Shown here in pieces: positions 1 to 10,537 of a stretch of 64,000 bases of DNA. Positions within the stretch are counted from its first letter, which is position 1, and each line of letters opens with the position of its first letter. The notes under the pieces are model-generated. The model was not told the DNA's origin. It did no database searches and worked only from the letters and a program-made list of their open reading frames with translations. This DNA is from Candidatus Bathyarchaeota archaeon (GTDB lineage: Archaea > Thermoproteota > Bathyarchaeia > 40CM-2-53-6), in NCBI GenBank assembly GCA_963726255.1, contig CAVSBL010000002.1, forward strand, positions 800,001 through 864,000, read 5' to 3'. The translations under genes and the position numbers were made by a program.

Positions 1-108
1 GACCTTCCGATAAGTGCCAAGTCCCTTGGACTCTCTAGATTTCGTCTATCGACAAACTGGACATATATAGGCTGCCGAGATTTCATTCTGAACCAGGAGG
101 AGTTAGGT

Positions 109-1061
109 ATTACAACTGCCCGTCTGACGCTCGTAGGATTGGGTGGCTTCGGAGCAAATCACCTTCGAGTTCTCAGGCAATTATCAAAACAACAAACCTG
201 CAATCTAACGGGAGTCGTAGATGTCAGGCATGAGCAACTAACAAGCGAGTCGGTCGCGGGATTACATGTAGGAACTGATTTGAACGCCTTTCTTGACGAT
301 TGCGACGCAGTTGACGTTGTGACACCAACTGATACGCATTATGAGATTGTGCAAAGATGTCTGAATGCCGGAAAAGATGTTTTTGTGGAGAAACCGTTGG
401 CGTTGCGGTCAGATGAAGCCAATAAACTCGTGGCACTGGCACAAGAGAATGGTAGGATATTGGCCGTTGGCCACATACTCAGGTACCATCCAGGTATATC
501 GCAGGTCAGGTCTACGATTAGTCGCGGTACCCTCGGCGCGCTCAAATTGCTAGACGGACGGTATTTGGGGACGCGTGGCCCAAGAACTGATTCAGGAGTT
601 CTCCTAAATCTTGCGATACACTTGGTCGATCTCTATAAGTTTCTCCTCGAGGAGGATCCTATGGAAATCTCTGCATACTGCCAAAGGCTGAGCAGCGAGA
701 GTCGATTTGAAGATCACGCTGTTCTTGCTCTCAAATATCCGTCCGGATCCATAGGGCACATAACAGTCAGCTGGCTAAGCGCAGAAAAACGCGTGAGGTA
801 CTCGTTGCGGGAGAAAATGGCGCTGTTTTTGTCGACCTTGCAAGAAACCAGCTGGTCATGTCGGAAAGGTCGGCTCCGCCAGGAGCACCCACGGCAGTCA
901 CTGGTGCAGAGCCGCTCCTTGCTGAGCTAACCGATTTTGTCCATTGCCTCCGAACAAGAGCGAGGCCTCTGAGCGATGGGATTAGCGCCGTAGGCGCAAT
1001 TAGAATACTTGAGGGGGCGTTCGAGGCAAGCAAGTTAGGGAGGCCGGTAACCTTTGATTAG
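109..1061 (+). pseudogene. Gfo/Idh/MocA oxidoreductase (WbpB-like), split by one frameshift near 785-792 (real lesion or homopolymer sequencing error)
   Basis: LVGLGGFG Rossmann motif, VEKPLA and HLVD motifs. ORF 139..930 ends in junk after SWLSAEK, while the -1 frame continues REVLVAGENGAVFVD into ORF 858..1061 (EPLLAELTDF). Probable start is ATT at 109 behind AGGAGG. Confidence 0.75.
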
Positions 1062-1728
1062 CCGAACGGCCAGAATTGGCAGAAATGTCCATCTTGGCAA
1101 AGATGCAACGGTGGAGGACTTCGTTGTGCTCGGCAAATCCTCCTTCGCTACTGGGCAAAGGGCAAAACCGCTCAAGATAGGAATCGATGCTCATTTGAGA
1201 TGTGGAACAATCATATACGCAGGAACTGTAATTGGAAATCACTTCGTTACCGGCGATTATGCGAAGATACGGGAGAACAATCGCATCGGGAATCAGGTGA
1301 GTGTTGGATCAAACACGATCATCGAACGTGATTCAATAATAGGTAATGATGTTAGCATTCATTCGAACTGTTTCATACCGGAATACACTACTATCGAAGA
1401 ATCAGCTTGGATAGGGCCTTGCGTTGTCATAACGAATGTCCTCCATCCACCCTGTCCGTATTTCAAGAAAGACCTCGAAGAAAGGCCGCTATGCCTAAAG
1501 GGGCCTACCGTGAAACGGAAAGCCGTTATCGGGGCAGGGGCCATCATACTACCTGGGAGAGTAATTGGAGAGAGTTCACTCGTTGGAGCGGGCGCTCTCG
1601 TTAGTCGTGACGTGCCCGCGGAGTCCATAGTCACAGGTTCACCTGCGAGAGTCGTCGGGAAGACGAAAGACCTCGAATGCCTCCCAGGCTATTACGCACC
1701 GGGGGAGATTTACAGTTGGCGTCGTTGA
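1054..1728 (+). CDS. Hexapeptide-repeat N-acetyltransferase (WbpD-like)
   Basis: Left-handed beta-helix repeats (IGRNVHLG, IGNQVSVG, IGAGAIILPG, VGAGALV) and C-terminal GSPARVV. Confidence 0.9.
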   Translation: MISRTARIGRNVHLGKDATVEDFVVLGKSSFATGQRAKPLKIGIDAHLRCGTIIYAGTVIGNHFVTGDYAKIRENNRIGNQVSVGSNTIIERDSIIGNDVSIHSNCFIPEYTTIEESAWIGPCVVITNVLHPPCPYFKKDLEERPLCLKGPTVKRKAVIGAGAIILPGRVIGESSLVGAGALVSRDVPAESIVTGSPARVVGKTKDLECLPGYYAPGEIYSWRR

Positions 1729-2822
1729 AGATACCTCTGGCCAAACCCTATGCTTCTGATGAATGTGTTGAAGCGATAGGACGCGTATTGAAAAGCGGCC
1801 AGTATATTCACGGCAATGAAACAAAGGAATTCGAGAACGACTTCGCAAGCTTCATAGGAACCAAGCACGCCGTCGCAACGAATTCTGGCACGGCAGCTCT
1901 TCATCTTGCATTGTTAAGCACTGGCGTCGGAGACGGAGACGAAGTCATTACAGTCTCCCATACTTTCATTGCTACGCTTGATAGCATTTGGTATGTGAGA
2001 GCTAGGCCGAGGCTCGCAGATATCGACGGCCGGCATTATGTCATGAATGTTGCTGAGGCCGAAGCACTGATAAACAGTAAGACCCGGGCAATACTGCCGG
2101 TTCATCTCTATGGCCACCCCGTCGATATGGACCCGCTTCGTAATTCGGCGCAGCAGCACGGACTCAAATTGATCGAAGACGCGGCTCAAGCTCACGGGAG
2201 CCGTTACAAGGGGAGAATGGCGGGGACTCTAGGTGACGTGGCGTGCTTCAGCTTTTACCCCTCCAAGAACCTAACGGTTTGCGGAGACGGTGGAATGCTA
2301 GTCACCAACAATGATGAAGTCGCTCAAAAAGCGAGAATACTGAGAGATCACGGCAGGACGCAGAAATATTACTCTGAGACTGTTGGGTACAACTACCGTC
2401 TTGGCGAAATCGCAAGCGCGATCGGGAGGGTAGGTCTCCGGCATTTGTCACGTTGGAATGACGAGCGGAGATCCATCGCCTCGCGATATGAGAAGCTCTT
2501 GGCCAATAATGATGAACTCGTAACGCCGGCCGAGGCAGAATGGGCCCATCACGTTTATCATGTCTATGCGATTCGTACCAAGCGTCGAGACAAGCTTGCT
2601 GAGTACCTTGCTGCAAATGGAATACAGACAGGAGTACATTATCCAGTACCATGTCACCTCCAGCCAGTTTTCAAACACCTCGAGAAAGGTAACCTCCATC
2701 TCAAAATCACTGAGAAAACTGCAGAAGAGATACTCTCTTTGCCCATTTTTCCCGGAATGATCACCGAAGAGGTCGAATATGTCGCGGCGAAAGTGAAAGA
2801 ATTTCATGAACAACAAGGCTAA
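1725..2822 (+). CDS. DegT/DnrJ/EryC1/StrS sugar aminotransferase (WbpE-like)
   Basis: NSGTAALHLAL, IEDAAQAHG, SFYPSKNL PLP lysine motif. Start moved to TTG at 1725 (TTGA overlap with the upstream stop). Confidence 0.95.
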   Translation: MKIPLAKPYASDECVEAIGRVLKSGQYIHGNETKEFENDFASFIGTKHAVATNSGTAALHLALLSTGVGDGDEVITVSHTFIATLDSIWYVRARPRLADIDGRHYVMNVAEAEALINSKTRAILPVHLYGHPVDMDPLRNSAQQHGLKLIEDAAQAHGSRYKGRMAGTLGDVACFSFYPSKNLTVCGDGGMLVTNNDEVAQKARILRDHGRTQKYYSETVGYNYRLGEIASAIGRVGLRHLSRWNDERRSIASRYEKLLANNDELVTPAEAEWAHHVYHVYAIRTKRRDKLAEYLAANGIQTGVHYPVPCHLQPVFKHLEKGNLHLKITEKTAEEILSLPIFPGMITEEVEYVAAKVKEFHEQQG

Positions 2823-2885
2823 AGTCGCTGACTAACGGATTATATCGAGATCATTATTGGAATGCGTGTACTATCTCACGTTTAG

Positions 2886-4259
2886 ATGCAGACAGCTTGT
2901 GTTATCCGAATGAATACCACATCTACACCAAGGCACGTGATTTCCGTCTTTGGGCTCGGACGCGTCGGATTGGTCACGGCCGTCTGTTTCGCGCGGCGAG
3001 GCTACAAAGTGATCGGAATTGATCCTGACAATGATAAGCTCGATAAGATACGAAGCGGGGAGCCAACATTCTTTGAACCTGGTCTTCATGATTACACCAA
3101 GGCAGCGATTTCAAACGGACTGCTCACTGTAACCAATGATCCCTCTGCGAACACTGGATCTGACCTAAGCTATTTGACGGTTGGAACTCCCAGCAACCTC
3201 GACGGAAGCATCAACCTAGAATACCTAAAGAATGCGACTGCTAGTGTTGGAAAATCGATACGCAAATCACCAACGTATCAAACTATCGTGATCAAGAGCA
3301 CCGTCACACCCGGCACCGCGCGTAATGTAGTGAGACCAATTTTAGAAAGTGAGTCTGGTAAATCTGTGGGGCTAGAGTTCGGACTGTGTTCTAACCCCGA
3401 ATTTCTCAGAGAAGGCAGCGCAATTCACGACGCAGAGTTTCCGGACAGGATTGTAATCGGAGGCAACGACATGAAAAGTATAGACAACATGGAGATTTTC
3501 TACAAGGAGCTTCACGGCGAGCACACTCCAACTGTTATTCGAACATCACATGAAAATGCCGAACTCATAAAATACGCCAACAACGCCTTCCTGGCACTCA
3601 AGGTTAGTTTCATAAATAGCATTGCGAATATCACCGAACACGTTCCCGGTGCAGACGTTAAGACTATCGCGACTGGCATCGGTCTCGACAATCGTATTGG
3701 CCCTAAGTTCCTTAACGCAGGACTTGGCTGGGGCGGTTCTTGCCTGCCCAAGGACTTGAAGGAACTTTCGTCATATAGCAAAACGCTGAGTTACGATTTC
3801 ACCTTAATCGAAGCAGCCATCCGCGTGAATGATTACCAAAAGCAGAGAGCCGTCGAAATAGCCCAAATGAAACTGGGTTCCTTGATCAGCAAGAGAATAG
3901 CAATCCTCGGGTTGTCGTTCAAACCTGGAACGGACGACATGCGGGACGCAGTCTCGGTCCCCATAATAGAGGGTCTCTTGGCTAGAGGCGCCACCGTGGT
4001 AGCCTTCGATCCGGCCGCGGTCCGAAACGCTCGGGGTATCTTCGGCAATAAAATCGCGTACGCAACCAACCCAATGAACTGCATAAGCGGAGCGGATTGC
4101 GCTATCATCGTAACGGAATGGCCTGAATTTGACATATCCCCAAGCATGTTTCTCAAACTGATGCGATACCCAATGGTAATTGATGGACGGAGAGTCTATG
4201 AAGCTGAACTATTCATCCGTTCGGGAATACATTTTTCAGCGATCGGCTTGGGGACATAA
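2886..4259 (+). CDS. UDP-glucose/GDP-mannose 6-dehydrogenase family
   Basis: GLGRVG, KSTVTPG, NPEFLREG, GWGGSCLPKD catalytic Cys, GLSFKPGTDDMR. Start may be ATG 2910. Confidence 0.95.
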   Translation: MQTACVIRMNTTSTPRHVISVFGLGRVGLVTAVCFARRGYKVIGIDPDNDKLDKIRSGEPTFFEPGLHDYTKAAISNGLLTVTNDPSANTGSDLSYLTVGTPSNLDGSINLEYLKNATASVGKSIRKSPTYQTIVIKSTVTPGTARNVVRPILESESGKSVGLEFGLCSNPEFLREGSAIHDAEFPDRIVIGGNDMKSIDNMEIFYKELHGEHTPTVIRTSHENAELIKYANNAFLALKVSFINSIANITEHVPGADVKTIATGIGLDNRIGPKFLNAGLGWGGSCLPKDLKELSSYSKTLSYDFTLIEAAIRVNDYQKQRAVEIAQMKLGSLISKRIAILGLSFKPGTDDMRDAVSVPIIEGLLARGATVVAFDPAAVRNARGIFGNKIAYATNPMNCISGADCAIIVTEWPEFDISPSMFLKLMRYPMVIDGRRVYEAELFIRSGIHFSAIGLGT

Positions 4260-4704
4260 AGCGTTGCCTGAGATTCTCTCTATTGCGTCCGACTCAGAGT
4301 TCCGGATTCTGCCGCTGGTAGTTGTAAATCGCGTGGACCGGTGACCGAGAGTTAGACTCATCGCAAAGAGATTACGATGCTGAGTCTGGCTTAGTCTGGT
4401 TGGCTGAAGGGCGTCATACATATCGTTGGTACTTGGCCAAAGTAGATGCCAATCCCGCCGTATTCCAGACATGAATTATCATTTGATGATGCCCTCGACA
4501 TGACGGATCTGTTTTCACGGCAATGAGCTAAGACAAGGGAAGACGATGATGGCTCATAAAGACATTGAACCTCCCGAACGTCAGTGGCGAAGCATGGTCA
4601 AGAGGTTCGGGGACGCGCACGACATGAATAGAGTGTATAGGCTACAACCACGCACCTTATCATTTTGAGTCAATTGTGCGTAGATGAAGTGTGGTCCATA
4701 ATTT

Positions 4705-5807
4705 ATGACTAGGCTCATGGCAGTTATCGGCGCCCGTCCACAGTTTATCAAGTCTGCGCCCGTGATTGCAGAAGTATTGCGGCGCAAGCGCTTTGAACTC
4801 ATAATAATTCATAGTGGGCAACATTATGACCCAGACATGTCCAGCATCTTCTTCAAGGAACTCTCAATACCCACACCTATAGCGAATCTGCAATCTGGAT
4901 CGGGCAGCCACGCGGAACAGACAGCCACGATAATGAAACGTCTGGAGCGGCAGATAATCAAATCGAAACCCGACCTTGTCCTGGTTCCAGGCGACACAAA
5001 CACGACGCTGGCGGGAGCGCTTACGGCCGCCAAACTATGTGTGCCAGTTGCACACCTTGAAGCAGGGTTGCGGTCAGGGGATCTTACGATGCCCGAGGAA
5101 ATTAATCGTAGATTAACAGACCACTGCAGCAGTCTCCTCTTTGCCCCTACCCAAAGGGCGAAAAGAAACCTTACTCGAGAAGGTTTATCGGATTTGACTT
5201 ATCTAACTGGGGACACAATGGTCGATGCTCTGCGGGCAGTTTTTCCTACGGTGGAGAAACGGGAGGAGGCTGTGCTTGAGAAATTCGGTTTGGAACGAAA
5301 TCGCTAGCTTCTAGTTACGCTCCATCGTCCCTCAAATGTTGATGATCCCGAGAGGCTGAAACAGATTCGGCTTGCGTTGCAGAGGCTTGCGGGAAAGCTG
5401 CAGGTTGTGTTCCCAGTACACCCTCGGACTCGGTCTAGGCTCAACAAGCTGGGAGCCCGAACCCGCGATAGCTCTAAGCGGTATTCTATTTGCAGCCCCA
5501 AGGATACGTCGAGGCCTTGACGCTACTCAAGAATGCCTCCGCCCTATTAACCGACTCGGGAGGCATGCAGAAGGAATCTTTTCTACTTCACACTCCCTGC
5601 GTCACGCTGAGGTCGACGACAGAATGGCCTGAAACACTTGTTGGCCACGCCAATCAGTTGATAACGCAACCGCAAATGATACCTAAAGCGATTCGTGCGG
5701 TTGCCTTGGATCAAAAGCCCAGTAGCCGAATGGAGTTGTCGAAGAATCCGTTCGGAAACGGCTACGCCTCTGCCAAAATTGTAAGGATAATAGAGCAAAC
5801 AACCTAA
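4705..5807 (+). pseudogene. wecB: UDP-N-acetylglucosamine 2-epimerase (non-hydrolysing, WecB/WbpI-like), disrupted by an in-frame TAG and a frameshift
   Basis: GARPQFIK, HSGQHYD, GDTNTT, HLEAGLRS, PEEINR. TAG at 5305-5307 is followed in frame by LLVTLHRPSNVD...FPVHPRT. A frameshift near 5478-5490 leads into TDSGGMQKE...LRSTTEWPE...PFGNG. Confidence 0.85.
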
Positions 5808-5820
5808 GACGACATTACAA

Positions 5821-6936
5821 CTAGCTCGCTTGTGAGTAGGCTTCGAAGATTCTCTTCTCAAACCGTTCCCAACACAATTCCCGCCTGGCGTATCCTTGAA
5901 TATTGTTTCTAGAATCCTGAAGGTTGCTTACGTTGTTGGATAGCGACGTAAGTATTTGTCTTAGTTCCTCATAGTTGGAGAATGCATAGCCCATCCCACG
6001 GGAATAGTCGACTACTTGTTGAAGGCCACTAGGGAAAACTGGAATCAACCCGGCATGCATGTACTCGTAGGCTTTGTTTGGGCTGTAGAATTTGTGAAAC
6101 CAGTGCGGTTTCCAAGGTATCAATCCTATGTGGTGAAGTGTAAGTTCCCTCAACATTGCGAGGTGCTCCACGAAGCCCATCGACCGAACGTTTCGGCTGG
6201 AGATAGGCAGGGTTTCACCGATTACGAGAAGCTCGCCCAGGAGGTTGTTTGCGAAGAGGTCTAGAACTCCCCATGATTCACGTGTTTTCATCGGAGAACT
6301 AAAATCATTTCCTACGATTGCTGTCGAAAGAGGGGCTCCCTTGAGTCGGGGTGGTGGAATCGAGTTGATTTCGAGGGTGCTCGGCAGGTTTGGAACCACA
6401 AACACGTGACCGCCATTCTTCTCATGTGCTCGTGCCGTAGCGTCGCATACCGCGATTGTGGGCACGACAGGAACAATTTCTGATTCCCAACGGGTCCAGA
6501 GTCGCGCCGCGTAGAGTCTGGTTATGGACGCTCTCGCCTTCCGCGGATGTGCGAGGAAATCCCTAGGCCAGTTACCGAGTTCAGCCTTCATCCACATGGA
6601 CCAAAATTCGTGGTCGTCGTAAACCATGGGTACCCCGCTTTCCTCTGCAGCCTTTGCGGCTATCACGTTGTGTGCATGAATAAGGTCAGGTTTGACAATC
6701 CTTACAAAGTCGTTGAATCTACGCTGAACCAAGCGATACGCACGCCCCCAGTGCAGTCGGCTTCTTGCGTCCCAACCAACAGAACTCGTTTGTTCAAAGG
6801 GGTTGGAGCCCATGTGAAATGAATCGATTGTTCCTCCCGCAAAGTATACTGAATGACCCTCTCTCTTGGCGGACCAGGCTGCACGTTCGACGCGAGGGTC
6901 CGGCAGTGGATCGCTGGAAAAGTGCAGGATTCTCAA
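5821..6936 (-). CDS. GT-B fold glycosyltransferase (GT4-like)
   Basis: DPRVERAA N-terminus, PDLIHAH, VYDDHE, SPNKAYEYMHAG. Confidence 0.85.
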   Translation of the reverse strand: MRILHFSSDPLPDPRVERAAWSAKREGHSVYFAGGTIDSFHMGSNPFEQTSSVGWDARSRLHWGRAYRLVQRRFNDFVRIVKPDLIHAHNVIAAKAAEESGVPMVYDDHEFWSMWMKAELGNWPRDFLAHPRKARASITRLYAARLWTRWESEIVPVVPTIAVCDATARAHEKNGGHVFVVPNLPSTLEINSIPPPRLKGAPLSTAIVGNDFSSPMKTRESWGVLDLFANNLLGELLVIGETLPISSRNVRSMGFVEHLAMLRELTLHHIGLIPWKPHWFHKFYSPNKAYEYMHAGLIPVFPSGLQQVVDYSRGMGYAFSNYEELRQILTSLSNNVSNLQDSRNNIQGYARRELCWERFEKRIFEAYSQAS

Positions 6937-6978
6937 GGTTCACATCATTTGTTGAAAGCGTTGGGCGATCAGTACCTA

Positions 6979-8061
6979 TCACGTTAGGATGGATTCATAG
7001 GCACGTATAAGGACCGCACTGCAAGCCTCCCACGAGTACGCCTTGACCAACCTATGCCCATTAGCAGCCAAACGCCGGCGCAAGTTCGCATCTCCGATCA
7101 AACGCATAATCTTTCGCGCCAAGTCCTGAGGCCTGTTCGCGCCATAAACCAAACCATCTTTCCCATCACGAATTAGTTCAAGGTCCCCCTTAATGTCGCT
7201 GACCACGACAGGTTTGGCGCACGCAAGATACTCGAACAGCTTCACTGGGTAGGCATAGTCAGTGAAGATAGTCGGGAGCACGCAAGAGACACAGATGTCG
7301 GCCTCATTTATCACTCGTGGTACATTCTCAAAGGGAACCCAGCCTGCAAACTCCGCAGGGAGGTGGAGAGTCTCGTTTAGTGCCTTCAGTTCTGCAGCAT
7401 ATTCCCCGTCGCCGACTATGACAAATCTTGTGTGTGGCCTTCGATTGCGGACAAGCCTCGCAGCTTTGATGAAGACGTCAATTCCTTCGATGTAGGTAAG
7501 TGCCGCAACAATAAGCACCGTGAAGGCCCCTCTTCGCCCGGCATGTCGGGGTCGGAACTCGGCTAGGCTCACACCATTCGGAACAGAGAACAATTTACGC
7601 TTGAACCTTACCAGTTCACGCTCAAAAGCAGGCACGACGACGACTATGGCGTCGGCATTCCTGAACGCAAGGCTTTCCACTATCCTGGCCAAGAAACCCA
7701 ACCGTTTGTGGTGATGTTCAACGATAACGGAGAACGCTGCCTGTCTGTCGTAGACGAAACGAAAATGTCTGAACTTCTTCGCGAAAACGATGCCAAGTAC
7801 GGCCATGTCCGGTAGATTCACAAAATGAACCGCATCTGGAGGATCACGAAGAAGATAGAGGGTGAGAAAAAGCGTAAACAGGAGATAATGAAGGGATGGC
7901 GGTCGGCTGACTGAAACAATAGGGATACTCCGGTACTCGGGGAGGGTTTCCAACCCTCGTGGATAGGCGACACCGACAGAATATCCCCGGCTCTTCAAAG
8001 TCATCACTACCTTGTGAACACGTTCAATCCGCGCCGGTGCGTTATCCACGACTACGAGCAC
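6979..8061 (-). CDS. GT4 family glycosyltransferase
   Basis: VPNGVS, IVGDG, PVKLFEYLACAKPVVVSD. Start uncertain. Confidence 0.9.
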   Translation of the reverse strand: MLVVVDNAPARIERVHKVVMTLKSRGYSVGVAYPRGLETLPEYRSIPIVSVSRPPSLHYLLFTLFLTLYLLRDPPDAVHFVNLPDMAVLGIVFAKKFRHFRFVYDRQAAFSVIVEHHHKRLGFLARIVESLAFRNADAIVVVVPAFERELVRFKRKLFSVPNGVSLAEFRPRHAGRRGAFTVLIVAALTYIEGIDVFIKAARLVRNRRPHTRFVIVGDGEYAAELKALNETLHLPAEFAGWVPFENVPRVINEADICVSCVLPTIFTDYAYPVKLFEYLACAKPVVVSDIKGDLELIRDGKDGLVYGANRPQDLARKIMRLIGDANLRRRLAANGHRLVKAYSWEACSAVLIRAYESILT

Positions 8062-8247
8062 TTTTCGCGGGTTATTTCCGCCATTGTAAGGCCGGTGGGG
8101 TCTCGTTGTCGTCGCTTACACTAACCTTCTGGCTCTTATCGACGAATTGTTTTCGTTGGCATATTTATCCTTGGACTCCTTCACAGGGGAGCTGCTCAAA
8201 ATCCTAGACTCCGCTTTGAGGCACATGCGGTGTCAGATGGGTTCATT

Positions 8248-9231
8248 CTAGTTCGCGAGCCGATACAGGAATCGCCCCATGTACTCGTGCTTCTTCGTCC
8301 TGAACCTGAAATTGTTTAGCGGACGCACCTCCCCACCGAACTGTGATTTGAACAGGTACAACCCATAAGCTGGGTCTGACTTATTCTCAGGCGCAGTCGC
8401 CTGTGTCATGTTGTATATTCTCAATTTTCTCTGAACTGCGAGTTCGATCGCCCTCCATTGAAGCAGGTTGTTGGCTCGGTGAATCCAGAACTTCTCATCG
8501 CTTGCGCCCTCGTAGTACCAAGCGACGCCGCCGAACTGGAGCATAATTATCGCGGCGATGTTCTGACCACCAATCCGCGCGACCAAAAAGGCCGCCATCC
8601 CAGATCTGACCATCAGTTCTTCGATTGCTTTGAAGAACAGCTTCGGGGTAACTCTCACGTTCAGTCTTTCCCTCGTTTGCAGGTAGAGGTTGTAGAAATC
8701 ATCGCAGCCACCCTCGAACACCTCCACCCCGTCGCGCTCAGCCTTGCGTACAGCAGATCGGCAGTCCTTATCCAAGCCGTTCCACAGGTCTTCCTTTGAG
8801 CGCCCTAGGTCGACCACAATCTCATGGTCAAGTGAAGTTTCGATAGGCGAAAAACCTGAATCAAGGAATGCGGGCGCGCCGAAGACATCGTTTGTGAGCT
8901 GGACCTCGGTAAGATCTCGCTTTCGGGCTTCTTCACGAACTGCACTCAAGATTGACCTTAGGCTACTTTCCCCAGTCGCCACCGGGCCCCAACTGATTAA
9001 CGCACGGTTCAAGCCTAATCCTGTAAGAATTGCGTTCGTTCTTCTTCGAATGAGTAAGGCGGCGGCAGCTAACTTTCCGTTCTCGTCCCTAACAGAGACT
9101 TGGTAGGGCTCTTGGGCAAGCGTCTTCACCACTTCTCCCCAAACCGATGTCTGGAATACACTCGGGTGGCTCGAGCCGGCGATGAATGAGTCCCAAGTCG
9201 CGTCGCTCACATCACAAGCCTCGGTTAGCAA
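8248..9231 (-). CDS. FemAB-like / GNAT-fold acyl- or aminoacyltransferase
   Basis: WDSFI..HPSVFQTSVW, RSAVRKAER, NNLLQWRAI, GLYLFKSQFGG. Start placed at TTG 9231 (track uses 9291) to leave room for a divergent promoter. Confidence 0.8.
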   Translation of the reverse strand: MLTEACDVSDATWDSFIAGSSHPSVFQTSVWGEVVKTLAQEPYQVSVRDENGKLAAAALLIRRRTNAILTGLGLNRALISWGPVATGESSLRSILSAVREEARKRDLTEVQLTNDVFGAPAFLDSGFSPIETSLDHEIVVDLGRSKEDLWNGLDKDCRSAVRKAERDGVEVFEGGCDDFYNLYLQTRERLNVRVTPKLFFKAIEELMVRSGMAAFLVARIGGQNIAAIIMLQFGGVAWYYEGASDEKFWIHRANNLLQWRAIELAVQRKLRIYNMTQATAPENKSDPAYGLYLFKSQFGGEVRPLNNFRFRTKKHEYMGRFLYRLAN

Positions 9232-9301
9232 TTCACGCAGGCCGACGATTGAGCTGGTAACAGCTAAAATATCTTGTCGTACAACAACCACTCAGGTCGC
9301 A

Positions 9302-9793
9302 ATGCCGGACATCATGGTTCTCCACGATTTCGACAACCCATATCTCTCGGGTAGGTATGCGCTCAGAAGAGGTCTCAAGCTAATCGTCTACGCCCTTTCG
9401 AAGAAAGTCCCTCTACTTAGAGGATGGGTGAAGGAAATCTACGCAGAAACATACAGCAATTGTAAGACATTGGCCGCGCTAGACAAGTTGTTGGGGCTTG
9501 GCAGTAGGTTCGGGCTAAAGCCTGAAGTTCTGGAGGCATTTCCCGGATTAGATAAGGAACTAGAGGAAATGGGGTTTCACACCCATAGGCACACCCACAT
9601 CTCGCACGATGACGTGAAATGGGAACCTCAACTAGACGTTGAGAAAGACGCGTGGTTCTTCGACCAGACTTTCAACCGTAACCGCGAGATTCCAGAACAT
9701 TTGCGATGGGCTGTCTTTCACGCGGACTACCCCCACCTTTTGCCAACCTACATCGATTTTCTTTTGCAAGCTCGCGCAATCGGAAGGCTCTGA
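9302..9793 (+). CDS. Hypothetical protein, possibly a reduced polysaccharide-deacetylase-like fold
   Basis: LHDFD N-terminal motif, HTH and FH..Y motifs. ATG 9302 avoids overlap with the divergent gene. Confidence 0.55.
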   Translation: MPDIMVLHDFDNPYLSGRYALRRGLKLIVYALSKKVPLLRGWVKEIYAETYSNCKTLAALDKLLGLGSRFGLKPEVLEAFPGLDKELEEMGFHTHRHTHISHDDVKWEPQLDVEKDAWFFDQTFNRNREIPEHLRWAVFHADYPHLLPTYIDFLLQARAIGRL

Positions 9794-9835
9794 AGAAGTA
9801 GCAAACACGACCTTCGGGCTTGGGCGGGAGACAGT

Positions 9836-10465
9836 TTGGCGCGCTACGGTTATGAGTATTGGGACAAACGTGCGTCCAAGCCCATCCCAGACATTGAAAC
9901 AGTAGGAATAATCGGCACTCAATTCTTGGACCATCTTCCTGAGTCCGCCGAGCGCACGCTCAAGTCTGACGGTTTGACACTCGACGCTGGGTGCGGCTAT
10001 GGGAGGCTTGCCGTCCCACTTGCCATTAGAGGTTTCACGGTAGTAGGTGTTGATGCTTCAAAACACATGCTTCGAAGATTCAAGTTGCACATATCAGAGA
10101 GGAATCTCGAAAATGTGCATTTGATTTGCTCGAGCATAACTCATCTGCCATTCAGAACTGCTACTTTCGCAACCGCCTATTGCGCAGGGACTGTGTTCTA
10201 CATCGATAGGAAGATGTGGCCGAACGTTTTCTCCGAGCTCAGGCGAGTGGCGAAGCATTCCTCGGTTCAGCTGAGGAACGTTTTGAGCCCATACAACCTG
10301 AGGCGCAAGCTGGTATTCCTCGTATTTGTCAAAATCCTACACGTAAGGGGAACGGATGAAATACCTGACGAACACTTGACTCTTCCAGATCGCCCTTCGC
10401 TGCACCCAATATATTACAGTACCCTCACCGGCCTGGATGATAATAGATCCAGAGAGGAACCATGA
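9836..10465 (+). CDS. Class I SAM-dependent methyltransferase
   Basis: LDAGCGYGRL motif I, VGVDAS, LPFR. Confidence 0.85.
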   Translation: MARYGYEYWDKRASKPIPDIETVGIIGTQFLDHLPESAERTLKSDGLTLDAGCGYGRLAVPLAIRGFTVVGVDASKHMLRRFKLHISERNLENVHLICSSITHLPFRTATFATAYCAGTVFYIDRKMWPNVFSELRRVAKHSSVQLRNVLSPYNLRRKLVFLVFVKILHVRGTDEIPDEHLTLPDRPSLHPIYYSTLTGLDDNRSREEP

Positions 10466-10537
10466 ATCCATTTGCATGCTGGGGTAGATCTAGGAAAGTT
10501 TTTTGCCACTCGGGGCGCGTAGTCTCGAGGGTTCGAT

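Noticed and set aside
784-792. Programmed -1 frameshift at GAAAAAC
   Set aside because: Not a canonical X XXY YYZ heptamer in frame and no clear downstream structure; a homopolymer indel is simpler.
4260-4700. 440-bp gap as a gene remnant or IS scar
   Set aside because: No recognisable protein motif, terminal inverted repeats or target-site duplication.
5305-5307. In-frame TAG in wecB as pyrrolysine or stop-codon recoding
   Set aside because: Many genes here end at TAG at their expected C-terminus (e.g. 21112, 22139, 27386), the same gene also has a frameshift, and no pyl genes are visible.
9182-9301. Apparent head-to-head overlap of ORFs 8248..9291 and 9182..9793
   Set aside because: Resolved by starts at 9231 (-) and 9302 (+) around a shared AT-rich element.
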